Source: Bacteroidota bacterium (lineage in GTDB: Bacteria; Bacteroidota; Bacteroidia; AKYH767-A; OLB10). Taken from it: 64,000 nucleotides of DNA. How positions within the stretch are numbered: position 1 is the first letter of the stretch; each line of letters begins with the position of its first letter. The notes under the pieces are model-generated. The model was not told where the DNA came from and did no database searches. It saw only the letters and a program-made list of their open reading frames with translations. Location: the NCBI GenBank assembly GCA_018268195.1, contig JAFDWZ010000026.1, positions 64,491 to 128,490 of the forward strand, in the 5' to 3' direction. Below, in pieces: positions 37,139 through 48,500 of the stretch. A program made the translations under genes and the position numbers.

Positions 37139-38551
37139 TTAATGGGAAGCTGCTTTGTCCACCTGTATTCCCTGACGATTTAGAATATTTTTCACTTTAA
37201 CGGAAAACCAGGTTAAAAAGAGAAAACAAATTACGGCCACCCAATAACTGCTGTGAATATTGGTAATATCAGCAATATATCCCTGCAAAGGCGGAATTAC
37301 TGCTCCTCCTAATATCATCATGATAAGAAAAGCTGAACCCTGACCGGTATATTTCCCGAGACCGGTAATACTTAAAGCGAATATACATGGCCACCCTATG
37401 CTGCAACACAAACCTCCGCTGATAAATGCAAACATGGAAACATGACCTGTTGTGAAAAGGCCGATAAGCATTGACACTACTCCGGCAAGTGAAAATATCA
37501 ACAGCATGCGTGCAGGTTTTTCTTTTGCCAGATAACTTCCTGCTATAAGAGCAAGCACACACCAACTGTAAGGCAATAATTTTTCAATGTCATTTCCTCT
37601 AAGATGATTTACGAACAGAATAACACCAAATGCTATTATGGGAATAACTATAAGCAACAGATGTTTGACACGGCTACTCATTTTAAATGCACTGATGGCT
37701 CCCGTCCATCGGCCTATCATCAAACTTCCCCAGTATAACGATATAAATGGTGAAATCTGAGAAGCATTTAACCCGCCATACTCAGGTAATGCAAGCAATG
37801 CACCCAGATTGCTTTGAATGGTTACTTCTACGCCAACATACACAAATATGGCAACCATACCCCAGCGCAATTGCGAAAATTTTAATGCGCCCAAACCAGG
37901 CTCCGTTGATTCCTTGCTATGTACTTCCGGAAGTTTCATCATAAATAAAAACACGGCAACCAATAAGAAAACAGCTATCAGAATATAATACACCGTATCT
38001 ACTGAACTTACCGTTGCATTTTTTGCAGCTTCAGGGCTCAGGTTTCCGAATAAAACCAGGCTTACCAGAATGGGTCCGAGTAATGTTCCGAAAGAATTGA
38101 CTCCGCCTGCGAGATTTAAACGGTGAGCACCTGTTTCCTGTGTGCCTAAGGAAGTAACGAAAGGTTGCGCAGCCGTTTGTTGTAATGAAAACCCTAAAGC
38201 GATTACAAAAAAAGCTCCCAGTATAAATGCAAAAGACCCTGAACCAACAGCGGGAATCATCAACGCTGCGCCAAACACAGAAATAAGCAATCCATAGATA
38301 ACAGCATTCTTATATCCTGCCTTATTAAGTATATCTATCCGCAATGATTGGGATATTAACCATAACAACAGTGAGCCCATAAAATAAGCCGCATAAAAAG
38401 CCGTATCAATAAGCTGCGATTGAAACTGAGTGAGGTTGAAATGCGATTTGCAGAATGGAATGAATATGCCATTGGATGCTGCCACAAAGCCCCAGAAAAA
38501 AAACACGGTGACCATTGCAGCCAGCGCTCCTGAATTGGAAGATGATTTCAT
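37139..38551 (-). CDS. MFS sugar transporter (FucP / glucose-galactose transporter-like)
   Basis: 470 aa, 12 TM helices. N-terminal pattern (FFFWGFVAASNGIFIPFCK) is typical of the FHS (fucose:H+ symporter) family. Confidence 0.75.
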   Translation of the reverse strand: MKSSSNSGALAAMVTVFFFWGFVAASNGIFIPFCKSHFNLTQFQSQLIDTAFYAAYFMGSLLLWLISQSLRIDILNKAGYKNAVIYGLLISVFGAALMIPAVGSGSFAFILGAFFVIALGFSLQQTAAQPFVTSLGTQETGAHRLNLAGGVNSFGTLLGPILVSLVLFGNLSPEAAKNATVSSVDTVYYILIAVFLLVAVFLFMMKLPEVHSKESTEPGLGALKFSQLRWGMVAIFVYVGVEVTIQSNLGALLALPEYGGLNASQISPFISLYWGSLMIGRWTGAISAFKMSSRVKHLLLIVIPIIAFGVILFVNHLRGNDIEKLLPYSWCVLALIAGSYLAKEKPARMLLIFSLAGVVSMLIGLFTTGHVSMFAFISGGLCCSIGWPCIFALSITGLGKYTGQGSAFLIMMILGGAVIPPLQGYIADITNIHSSYWVAVICFLFLTWFSVKVKNILNRQGIQVDKAASH

Positions 38552-38640
38552 ACGTTAATATTTACAGATTCAAACTTCTGCAAATTAAACAAGCAGTGAT
38601 GCTGTTGCAAAGTAAGTTATCCTCGTTGTTATGTTAAAAA

Positions 38641-41001
38641 TTATTCGTCATCCTCCTCATTGCCCAATTCAATGAGTGATTCGCCAATAATTTCTTTACG
38701 GCTTACCCATTTATCAATTGACAACAATAACGAAGGCAGCAATACAAGATTGGTAATCATGGCAACCAAAAGAGTAATGGAAATTAATACTCCCAATGCT
38801 ACGGTACCACCAAAGTCAGAGGCGGCAAATATGCTGAAACCGAAAAATAAAATAATTGCTGTATAGATCATTGAAAAGCCGGTATCCATAATCGTAGCAG
38901 AAATAGCTTCGCTAATAGTTCGCTTTGAATACTTCAGTTCCCGCTTGTATTTGGCCAAAAAATACACCGTGCCGTCACTGGAAATCCCAAATGCTATACT
39001 GAAAATTAATATGGTAGAAGGCTTGAATCGAATATCCAGAAATCCCATGATGCCTGCGGTAATAATCAAAGGAATAAGGCATGGTAATTTGCTTAATAAA
39101 ATAATACGCACCTCCCTGAACAGCGCCATTCCAACAAGTGCAATCAACACAATTTCTATAATTAAACTCTCATAAAGATTATACAGCAGGTAATCATTGC
39201 CTTTTAAAAACATCAGGCTGTGGCCTGTAAGTTTAACATTGTATTCGTCCTTATTAAAAATGGAATCAACTCTCGGTTGAATTTCTTCAAGTAACTTTTT
39301 AATCTTCTTTGAGCCTACATCGGCCATTTGCATACTTATGCGTGTGTATTGCCGTGTGGAGTCTATGAACGACTTTAGTCTGTTTTCATTTCCTTTTACT
39401 GTTGAGGTATATTCATTCAGGCTTTTAAGCTCACTGATTCCGGGCAAGACATAATATTTAGGATCCCCTCCTCGATAAGCCTGATATGAAAATTTCAATG
39501 CGTCTACTATAGAAATACCTCTTGATAATTCCGGATATTGTTCGAGAATTTTCTCAAGACTTTTCATCTTATATAACACACGGGCATTATCAGCCAACAC
39601 ACCATCAGGCTTTTTACTGTCAATGAATACTTCAAATGGCAACACCCCTTTGAAATTTTTCTCAAAAAAGTGCATGTCGGTATAAACAGGATTATTCTTT
39701 GGTAAGTCATCAACCACATAACCTGTAACATCAATCTTTGACATACCATAAAAACACAGCAATGTAACAATGGTGATTACCGCATATATTTTATTACGCT
39801 TGTGATGAACGATAAAATCAACCCATTCCAAAATTCTGCGAATACGTTTTCCTTCCAGATGCTGCATGTGTTTATCAGAAGGTGGCGGCATATAGCTTAA
39901 GATAATTGGAATTAAAATGAGTGTAATGAAATAAGTTGCCATCACATTAATGGCAGCTATAACACCAAACTGGGCGAGAAAAGAACTTTTGGTAAATAAC
40001 AACACTCCAAATCCTATGGCTGTAGTAATATTTGCAAGGAATAACGATACCCCAATAGTGGTAATCATTCTGGCCAAAGCCTTTACTTTATTGCCATGGT
40101 TCGCAAATTCCGAATGATATTTATTGATAAGGAAAATACAATTAGGCACACCAATGACCATAATCAGCGGAGGAATAAGTGCAGTAAGTATGGTTATTTT
40201 ATAGTTAAGCAATTCAATGCTGCCTACACTCCAAAGTACGCCAATGGCTACAACAATTACCGATATGATTACCGAAGAAAGTGATCTGAAAAATGCTCCC
40301 AAAATGATGGTAGTCATGATTACAGCGAGAATGAGAAACAGTTTCAGCTCATGCGAAACTTTTTCCATCACAGCCGTGCGTATGTAAGGCATTCCTGAAA
40401 AATGCAATTCGATATTATGCAACCTGCTGAAAGCGTCCGCTTCCTTTTTTATTTCGTTGACAATGTCAATTCTGTGCTTTGAATCAAGATCCTTTTTACG
40501 GAACGTGATTGCCATCAGAGTAGCATTGGTTTCTTTATTCAGAACCAATCCGTCATAAAATGGCAATTCGTTAATACGTTTTCGTATGCTGTCAATTTCT
40601 GATTGCTGCTGTGGCAACGATTTCACAAGTGGTACAAAATCAAATTTCCTCAGACTGTCGTTTCGTACCAGGTCATACACATCTCCCAATGACAACACAT
40701 TCTGTATTCCGTCAATTTTCTTGATTTTTTTGGAAAGAAGATACCAGTCGTTAAACTTTTCAATTCTGAAAATGGAGCTATCTGCAAGACCAATCACCAT
40801 CACGCTGCCATCTTCCCCAAATAATTGTTTAAATCGTTCGTACTGTACAAATGATGAATCAGTGGCGGGCAACAAGCTGGCAAAGTTATAACTCAGCTTA
40901 ATGTTGGCTGCCTTATAGCCCATGAACAAGGTGAGTATCACCAAGGCAATAAAAAAAGCCGGCCTGTTACGTAAAATTTTATTTGCTAAAAACTTCCACA
41001 T
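38641..41001 (-). CDS. MMPL/RND-superfamily exporter (sterol-sensing-domain type)
   Basis: 786 aa with a 2 x (1 TM + periplasmic loop + 5 TM) arrangement and an acidic C-terminus. Resembles HpnN/MMPL-type lipid exporters. Confidence 0.8.
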   Translation of the reverse strand: MWKFLANKILRNRPAFFIALVILTLFMGYKAANIKLSYNFASLLPATDSSFVQYERFKQLFGEDGSVMVIGLADSSIFRIEKFNDWYLLSKKIKKIDGIQNVLSLGDVYDLVRNDSLRKFDFVPLVKSLPQQQSEIDSIRKRINELPFYDGLVLNKETNATLMAITFRKKDLDSKHRIDIVNEIKKEADAFSRLHNIELHFSGMPYIRTAVMEKVSHELKLFLILAVIMTTIILGAFFRSLSSVIISVIVVAIGVLWSVGSIELLNYKITILTALIPPLIMVIGVPNCIFLINKYHSEFANHGNKVKALARMITTIGVSLFLANITTAIGFGVLLFTKSSFLAQFGVIAAINVMATYFITLILIPIILSYMPPPSDKHMQHLEGKRIRRILEWVDFIVHHKRNKIYAVITIVTLLCFYGMSKIDVTGYVVDDLPKNNPVYTDMHFFEKNFKGVLPFEVFIDSKKPDGVLADNARVLYKMKSLEKILEQYPELSRGISIVDALKFSYQAYRGGDPKYYVLPGISELKSLNEYTSTVKGNENRLKSFIDSTRQYTRISMQMADVGSKKIKKLLEEIQPRVDSIFNKDEYNVKLTGHSLMFLKGNDYLLYNLYESLIIEIVLIALVGMALFREVRIILLSKLPCLIPLIITAGIMGFLDIRFKPSTILIFSIAFGISSDGTVYFLAKYKRELKYSKRTISEAISATIMDTGFSMIYTAIILFFGFSIFAASDFGGTVALGVLISITLLVAMITNLVLLPSLLLSIDKWVSRKEIIGESLIELGNEEDDE

Positions 41002-41059
41002 GTAATTTTAAACAACCAAACAAAAGTAACAATTATAAAAACCTGCTAATTTTTCATTT

Positions 41060-41887
41060 TTAAAGACCTATCTGAAGCCCTGCAGCAAAAATATATTCTC
41101 CTGCAAAGAAATGATGATGAGCACGACCATCGCCTACCATGAGCACATTCTTATAATTAGCAAAAACACCTTTTAATGATGTTTCGACAAATATATATCT
41201 GAAAAAATCATAGCGTAATCCTGCATCAAGTCCTGCAACGTAACCGGCCACATGAAAACGATTGTTCAACCTGTTGCCATACAATGTAACATCCGTACGC
41301 GGAATAACAATTCCTGCACCTGCTTTCAAAACTACTTCTACCCGGTGTTTTAAATTTTCAGAACTATAAAGACAATATCGTTTTATAAAATTTGCCATCA
41401 GGAAATTTGCACCATCAGTATGTTCAAACTTCAAAAAATCTCCGCCTACAATAGTATCCTTATCTAAAGCTTCGCCACGAATGGTGCCTTTAATATGTAC
41501 TTTTTGATTTTGCGTCATGATATATTTAGCATGATCAAAAGCAATTTCAATACCTGTCAGATTTTTATTATTAAAATAATATCCTGCGCGATAAACGTAT
41601 TGCGGTATTGAAATAGGCGAACTAAAAATCTTACTTAACCCTGAATTATCATGAGCTTTTGCTTTGTAGAGAGTAAAATCATATCCTCCGTAATCATTAC
41701 CCTTGAAATGCAAGTCGCTCTTACTGTACCAATCTATATTATAACCCCAGGTGAGATAAAATGACCCTTTACCCGATTTAAAAACTGAGCTGCACTTACA
41801 TCCTGAAACCTCCTGTGATTTCGCATTCAGACTTAACATAATACTTTCGACTAGTATTAAGACAAAAACTACAATCTTCTTTGACAT
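41060..41887 (-). CDS. Hypothetical outer-membrane beta-barrel protein
   Basis: Signal peptide (MSKKIVVFVLILVESIMLSLNAKSQ), alternating hydrophobic and aromatic beta-strand pattern, and an aromatic/Gly-rich C-terminus. No family assigned. Confidence 0.5.
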   Translation of the reverse strand: MSKKIVVFVLILVESIMLSLNAKSQEVSGCKCSSVFKSGKGSFYLTWGYNIDWYSKSDLHFKGNDYGGYDFTLYKAKAHDNSGLSKIFSSPISIPQYVYRAGYYFNNKNLTGIEIAFDHAKYIMTQNQKVHIKGTIRGEALDKDTIVGGDFLKFEHTDGANFLMANFIKRYCLYSSENLKHRVEVVLKAGAGIVIPRTDVTLYGNRLNNRFHVAGYVAGLDAGLRYDFFRYIFVETSLKGVFANYKNVLMVGDGRAHHHFFAGEYIFAAGLQIGL

Positions 41888-42050
41888 AATTATAAAAAAA
41901 AACTGCGCAAAGCTAAAGTTATTTTTCAAGGGCAGCCTCTCATCCATCTATTTTCTTTTCCTTTGCAAGGTGAAAAAGTTTCTCTCAGAGAATAATATCT
42001 TTATTCACACTTTGTGACTGATTTTCTAATTATCATTTTTTTAAATAACA

Positions 42051-43316
42051 GTGGAGCAGAATAATTCATCCGTTTCATTTTCTGATATTGTAATAGCAGG
42101 TGCAGGGCCTGCAGGTTCAACGGCATCGCTATTTCTTTCAGCAGCCGGTATCCGTCATACATTAATTGATAAAGCTGTTTTCCCGAGAGACAAAATTTGT
42201 GGCGATGCCCTCAGTGGCAAAGTGTTGCCCGTTCTTAAGAAACTTAACCCTGAACTCATCAATGAATTGCTGACTACTAACGAAAACTGCCTCGGCAGCA
42301 GAGGAATTGTTTTTGGCGCACCTAACGGAAAAACTCTTGATGTGCCATTCAGAGCTGTAAACTCAGTCATAACACACGACCCCGGTTTTGTAAGTAAGCG
42401 CATCCATTTTGATTTCTCACTGATAAAAAAACTGAATCCTGAGTTTTGTGATTTTCGTCAAGGCAATGAAATTTCTGACATCGAATACTCCAATAAAAAA
42501 GTTCAACTTGCATTAAAAACAGCAAATGGTACGACTGAAAACTTAGAATGTAAATTGTTGATAGGTTGCGATGGCGCTCATAGCGTGGCCAACAAATTAC
42601 TTGGCGATGAGCATAAATTAGACTCCAATCATTATTGTGGAGGAATAAGAGCCTACTATAGCAATGTAAAAAACATGCATCCTGAAAATTATATTGAACT
42701 CCACTTTCTGGATGAATTGTTGCCGGGATATTTCTGGATTTTTCCGCTGCCTAATGGTATGGCAAATGTAGGTGCAGGTATGCTTACCAAAAGCATCAGT
42801 CGCAAAAAAGTAAACCTCAAAACTGCAATGCTCAATGCCATTGAAAACAATCCTTCTATCAAACATCGCTTTGCCGGAGCACAATTACAAGGGAAAATTG
42901 AAGGATGGGGCTTACCTTTAGGCTCGAAGAAAAGAAAAATTTCTGCTTCCAACCTATTGCTTTGTGGCGATGCGGCCGGCATGATAGATCCTTTCAGCGG
43001 TGAGGGAATAAGTAATGCTATGTATTGTGGTATGAGAGCTGCGGAAGTTGCTCAAAATGCTGTAAGAGAAAATAATTTTTCTGATGTGTTTCTTAAGCAA
43101 TACGATGAACTTGTATATAACCGCATGTGGTCTGAATTGAAATTAAGCCATACGTTACAGAAATTATGCAATTACCCGTCTCTGTTCAATTTTGTGGTAA
43201 ACAAAGCTTCAAAAAATGAAACCTTCAGACAGACTATCAGTTGTATGTTTGACGATATAGATTTGAGAAAAAAACTCAGGCAGCCTTCTTTTTATTTCAG
43301 AATGTTATTTGGTTAA
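42051..43316 (+). CDS. Geranylgeranyl reductase family FAD-dependent oxidoreductase
   Basis: GTG start. GAGPAGS dinucleotide-binding motif, CGD and GDAAGMIDPFSGEGI motifs typical of this family. Confidence 0.8.
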   Translation: MEQNNSSVSFSDIVIAGAGPAGSTASLFLSAAGIRHTLIDKAVFPRDKICGDALSGKVLPVLKKLNPELINELLTTNENCLGSRGIVFGAPNGKTLDVPFRAVNSVITHDPGFVSKRIHFDFSLIKKLNPEFCDFRQGNEISDIEYSNKKVQLALKTANGTTENLECKLLIGCDGAHSVANKLLGDEHKLDSNHYCGGIRAYYSNVKNMHPENYIELHFLDELLPGYFWIFPLPNGMANVGAGMLTKSISRKKVNLKTAMLNAIENNPSIKHRFAGAQLQGKIEGWGLPLGSKKRKISASNLLLCGDAAGMIDPFSGEGISNAMYCGMRAAEVAQNAVRENNFSDVFLKQYDELVYNRMWSELKLSHTLQKLCNYPSLFNFVVNKASKNETFRQTISCMFDDIDLRKKLRQPSFYFRMLFG

Positions 43317-43361
43317 CCTATTTTTCACATCTAAACTAAACGTCAACTGCCGGTCATTTCA

Positions 43362-43369
43362 TATTTTTG
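43362..43369 (+). promoter_or_regulatory. Bacteroidota -7 promoter element (TAnnTTTG): TATTTTTG
   Basis: Exact consensus match 5 nt upstream of the mutL ATG. This implies a very short leader or a leaderless transcript. Confidence 0.3.
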
Positions 43370-43373
43370 CAAT

Positions 43374-45197
43374 ATGTCAGATGTTATTCAGCTTTTACCC
43401 GACTCCGTAGCAAATCAAATTGCGGCAGGAGAAGTTATTCTAAGGCCATCATCCGTCATTAAAGAATTGATGGAGAATGCAGTAGATGCAGGTGCTACTC
43501 AAATTCAGGTGCTTATTTCTGATGGAGGCAAAAATCTGATTCGCATTATTGACAATGGCTCCGGAATGAGCGAAACAGATGCACGCCTTTGTTTTGAGCG
43601 TTATGCAACTTCTAAACTCCGTAAGCCTGAAGATCTCTATGCCATACGCACAATGGGGTTTCGTGGTGAAGCTATGGCCTCAGTAGCAGCTGTTGCTCAG
43701 GTTGAACTAAAAACAAAACGAATTGAAGATGAAACAGGGACATGTATCATCATTGAAGGTTCTGACTTTAAAAGTCAGGAATCGTGTGTTACTCCCAATG
43801 GCACATCTATTTCAGTTAAAAATATATTTTTTAATGTTCCGGCAAGACGCAATTTTCTGAAATCAACTCCTGTTGAAACACGTCATGTAATGGATGAGTT
43901 TCTGCGTGTAGCTATTCCGCGTCCTGATATTGCATTCAGCCTGCATCACAACGGCATTGAAATTTATAACCTCCCTGCCACCCATCAGCGACAACGCATT
44001 TGCCATGTTTTTGGAGCAAATTATAATGACAGACTGGTTCCTGTTGAAGAAAATACTTCAATTATTTCAATCAGCGGCTTTGTGGGCAAACCTGAATATG
44101 CCAAGAAAGTAAGAGGCGAACAATTCTTTTTCATCAATGACCGGTTTATCAAAGATGCTTACCTGAATCATTCCGTAACATCAGCATTTGAAGATTTACT
44201 GCCTCAGGGAGCCTACCCTTCTTATTTTTTATTTTTCAGTATTGATCCTGCCCGTATTGATGTAAACATTCATCCTACAAAAACTGAAATAAAAATTGAA
44301 GACGAAAAATCTGTTTATGCTATACTTAGATCTTCGGTAAAAAGAGCTTTAGGGAAATACAGCATTGCTCCTACTTTAGATTTTGAACAAGAACAGGCTA
44401 TTAATGTTCCCCTCTCAAAATTAAATCAACTTCCGCAACAACCTCAAATAAAAATCAACAAAGAGTATAACCCTTTTAAAACCATTCAACCCAATCCTGC
44501 TCCTGCTAACGAAATAAAAGTGCAACGCGACTGGGAAAAACTTTATGCCATAGCCCATCAGAGTGACACTTTAGCATCATCCATTAAATCACAACAAAGC
44601 GAATTGGCAATCAACCCTGCTGACCAACAGGAGCATGCTTCCTTTATGCAATTGTTTAAAAATTATATTGCCGTAGGATTAGCGGATGAATTGTGGCTTG
44701 TAGATCAGCAAATGGCGCATGAGCGAATTCTTTTCGAGCGTAATTTACAATTGCTAAAAGGGGCAACTGTTTCAGCACAACAAACATTGTTCCCATTGCA
44801 ATTTGAGTTTGACAGCCGTCAGGCATCGGTTATTAATGAGTTTATGGGAGACTTGAACAAATCAGGCTTCGATTTACAACCTTTTGGAAAAAACACTTTC
44901 GTGCTCAATTCCATTCCAACCTATCTCGAAAAAGGAGAGGAAAAACACGTTTTGGAAACACTCATTGAAGAATTCCTATCGGGAGAAAACGCAACTTATA
45001 GTACTGAAGAAAAAACAGCTGCGGCAATTGCTAGAAGTGCTTGTATTAAATCGGGTAAAACATTAAGTGAAAAGGAAATGCGATTGTTATTCTCAGATTT
45101 AATGAACTGTGAAATGCCTTTTTACAGTAAAAGTGGGAAGCCTATAATCTTTAAACTGGAGAAAAACGAAATTGATAAGAAATTTCTCAGATCCTGA
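43374..45197 (+). CDS. mutL: DNA mismatch repair protein MutL
   Basis: IQLLPDSVANQIAAGEV N-terminus, GHKL ATPase motifs (DNGSGM, GFRGEA) and a C-terminal dimerisation domain. Confidence 0.95.
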   Translation: MSDVIQLLPDSVANQIAAGEVILRPSSVIKELMENAVDAGATQIQVLISDGGKNLIRIIDNGSGMSETDARLCFERYATSKLRKPEDLYAIRTMGFRGEAMASVAAVAQVELKTKRIEDETGTCIIIEGSDFKSQESCVTPNGTSISVKNIFFNVPARRNFLKSTPVETRHVMDEFLRVAIPRPDIAFSLHHNGIEIYNLPATHQRQRICHVFGANYNDRLVPVEENTSIISISGFVGKPEYAKKVRGEQFFFINDRFIKDAYLNHSVTSAFEDLLPQGAYPSYFLFFSIDPARIDVNIHPTKTEIKIEDEKSVYAILRSSVKRALGKYSIAPTLDFEQEQAINVPLSKLNQLPQQPQIKINKEYNPFKTIQPNPAPANEIKVQRDWEKLYAIAHQSDTLASSIKSQQSELAINPADQQEHASFMQLFKNYIAVGLADELWLVDQQMAHERILFERNLQLLKGATVSAQQTLFPLQFEFDSRQASVINEFMGDLNKSGFDLQPFGKNTFVLNSIPTYLEKGEEKHVLETLIEEFLSGENATYSTEEKTAAAIARSACIKSGKTLSEKEMRLLFSDLMNCEMPFYSKSGKPIIFKLEKNEIDKKFLRS

Positions 45198-45501
45198 TTT
45201 TAAAGCAGATTTACCAAGAAAAAATTTCAGTAATTACAATCGTTGTAGATTATATTCTGCAAGTATATTTTTTTAATGAAATATTTATCATCTCTTTTGC
45301 CAAAAATATTGGTATGCAGAATGAATAACTATGGTGTTATTTTATTGATTTAGAGCAACATAATCCGTGTTTTCAATTTAAACCTCGCTAAAGAAACGAA
45401 CTTTGATGGTTATAAAAATGTGGTAAGGTTATTGCTTTTTAAGTTAACTTTTTAATATATTTACCGATTAATAATCACCTTGTATTTTAACACCATTAAA
45501 G

Positions 45502-48500
45502 ATGGGAAATAGCTTTACTTCAAAAGGCATAATAATTAGTTTTAAGACCGTAGTATGTTGTCTTATGCTTGTATTTATGTCTGCCATAAATACTGTAAAA
45601 GCTGATGTACTGACAGCTATAACCAGTGGAACCTATTTAGTACCTTCTATTTGGGATAAGGGTGTAATCCCCAGTGCCGGAGATACTATTATAATTCAAT
45701 CAGGTGTTTCTGTATCTCTAGTAAGTGTTAACACACCGATATTAGGCGATGTAACGGTACAGGCAGGTGCAACTCTCTCAGTTCTTAATGCAGCTACTGC
45801 ATGTTTAAATATGGGAGGTGATTTAAATGTTTATGGAACGCTGATTAATAACGGAAGAATTGTTATGGTAAATCCTGCTGCTTTTATTTTGGGAAACGGA
45901 GCAGTATATGAACACAACCCCAGAGCAAACATTGCAGCAGATGAATCGATGTTTGAAAATGGAGTTGAAAATTTTGACCCTGCAAGTACTTTGATAATCC
46001 GTAAATGGGCAAGCACTTCACTTCCTTTGATTGACCCCACAAGGATAAATGGTAACATTGGCAACCTCATTACTTCAGTTACCGGTACGATTTGGGAGCA
46101 AAGAGGACATTTTTCACCTAATAAGATAAAAGGTGATTATCTGATTACTGACGGGGTAGTTCGCATGGACGATGGTAGCGGAATGACCACAACACTCACT
46201 TTAAAAAAACTTACCCTGACCGGCAACTCTGCAATAATTTTTCAGGAAGGCAACAACAGGAACTTAACACTTATCATGGGCGCCTTTACTGACAGCAGCA
46301 CCCTCATCGGACAACCTTCAATTATAATGAATGGTTCGCTCGGAACACTTAATTGGACAGTAAATGGCGATTTCATTACGCGACATGATTTTATTGCAAT
46401 AAATGATTCTACATTTCCAATAAGAAGTGCTAATGCTAATATCACCATTAATGGTAAACTACTCATACAAGGAATAAACAACAAGTTTGATTTTTGCAGA
46501 CAGGTTAATGCACCTTTAACATTAACTGTAACTGACTCAACAGTTATCAAAGGCTTACCAACCTATGTCAGATTTATTGACTCTGGCAACGGTATTCTTA
46601 ATTTCACAACCAATACACTAACCATAACCGCTGGAAGTAAAAATGTTTTTATGGGCGGAAATGATTATCTAGATGCAGGAGGATTGCCATTATTTCCTCT
46701 CCCTACGGGTATAGGAACAATAAATGTATTATCCGACTTTGCAATATCAGGAAATTCTACAACAACAGGTGTTCTCTCAACAGCTAATGTAAATCGTTTC
46801 GGAGTTATTGTTGGACAGGATTTCAATACATCCAGCATCACTTCTACTTTCAATCTTGCTAAATCAATCGGACCTGCAACGTTAATTGTCGGAAGAAATA
46901 TGAATTTGAATGGAGGAACCGTTGATATACAGTCGAACGTCAGTTCAAATGCTGTTGACTCGATAATTGTTCAACAGAATTTTGTATTCAATTCCACTTT
47001 AGCCACAAACTATTTTAGAGCAAACTCAGGAGGAGGAAGCACCATAATGCAAATTACCGGAGACTTTACTCTAACAAATTCAGGAACTGCTACAAATCAG
47101 GGGGTTTGTGGCAATTATCTGAACAACGGCAAATTTGATTTCTATACAGGTGGCAATTTCACACTTACAAATGGTGCATTTTATGGAGTTCAGGATGGTA
47201 AGGGGCTCATTAAGTTTGTAGTTAATGGCGCATTCAATCAATCCGGAGGTTTCTTCAAAGGAACTCATGCCCCTAATGTCATCATAGCTGGCCAAAGTAA
47301 GTTTACTTTAGGATCCTTCAATTTCACAGGAGGAAATTATATTCAATATAATGCATCTGGCGACACTGTATTTTGTACTGTAAACGGCAATTTTAATGTG
47401 AATTATGCCTCGGTTGCCAGTTTTGTTAGTTTCATTCCTTATACTCATCCTGTTTACAGTAATTCATCTTCATTAATACTGCGAATCACAGGATCAATGA
47501 CTTTTGACGGAGCCAATGGAACATTTTATTCAAGTGTAGCACAAGGTAATGAAGATATTGTAATCAGTAGTAATCTGACTTTTAATAACGGAAATAACAG
47601 CTTTAATTTATTCCCTGCTTCAATTATAAATGCCTCACATAATGTAAGCATATTTATAGGAGGCGATCTTTCTTCAGCAAATGGAATTAATTATTTGGAC
47701 GCAGGACGTGGTGAATTGGTTGGAGGTATAAATGGAAATCTCATAATAACAGGCGGAAACTTCATTTTGAAAGGAAATTCTACTTACAGCCCGATAAATA
47801 TTAATGTCAAAGGAGGTTATACTCAGACCAACGGCTCTTTCTATTTCCATAATAGTCTTACAACATCCCTAGTTAATACAACTTTAACTATTAATAGCGA
47901 TGATGACAATAATGGAAATTTTATCCAGTCAGGAGGAATAATCAAAGTAGCAAATAATGCCATGAATGGCTCTATACAAACTTTAGATATTAAAAGCCCA
48001 AACTATACCATCGGGCCTGGTGGATCTATTTCGCATGCTGGCAGTGGTGCAGATTATGGGAATGGTTTTGGGGACGTAGTTTTTTCCCGGACAGGAACAA
48101 TGCTTTATACAAGAATCAATGGTCATTCAATAACCAATATGAGATTACATGTTAACGGTGGAACAACAGTTGAAGTAATTTCAGGTGATGTTCAATTGTC
48201 CTCATATATTGTTGATTCGACTGCACCCAACCAAGCAATGCTTGAAGTTAAATCATTGGGCACTTTAACTTTGAGAAACAATAGTTCTATTTACTCTAAT
48301 GCTATATTTCCTAAAAGCTACATGTCGATAAGTAATGACGGAAGGCTAAGATTGCAACATACAAACGGAATGTATAATGGATTCTCTAATTCTGCAATAA
48401 GATCTGACGGAAATATGCTTTATTATTTATTTGCTAATAGCATTGTAGAATATTTTGGTGATGACAATCAGATAATAACCGGTATTGGAATGGGAACGGC

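Noticed and set aside
38641-43316. Linking the MMPL exporter and FAD oxidoreductase to the dar cluster, as in flexirubin loci
   Set aside because: They are more than 10 kb away, and unrelated genes intervene (mutL, the T9SS cargo gene, GH3, LysE, PAP2, obg). Nothing in the sequence connects them.
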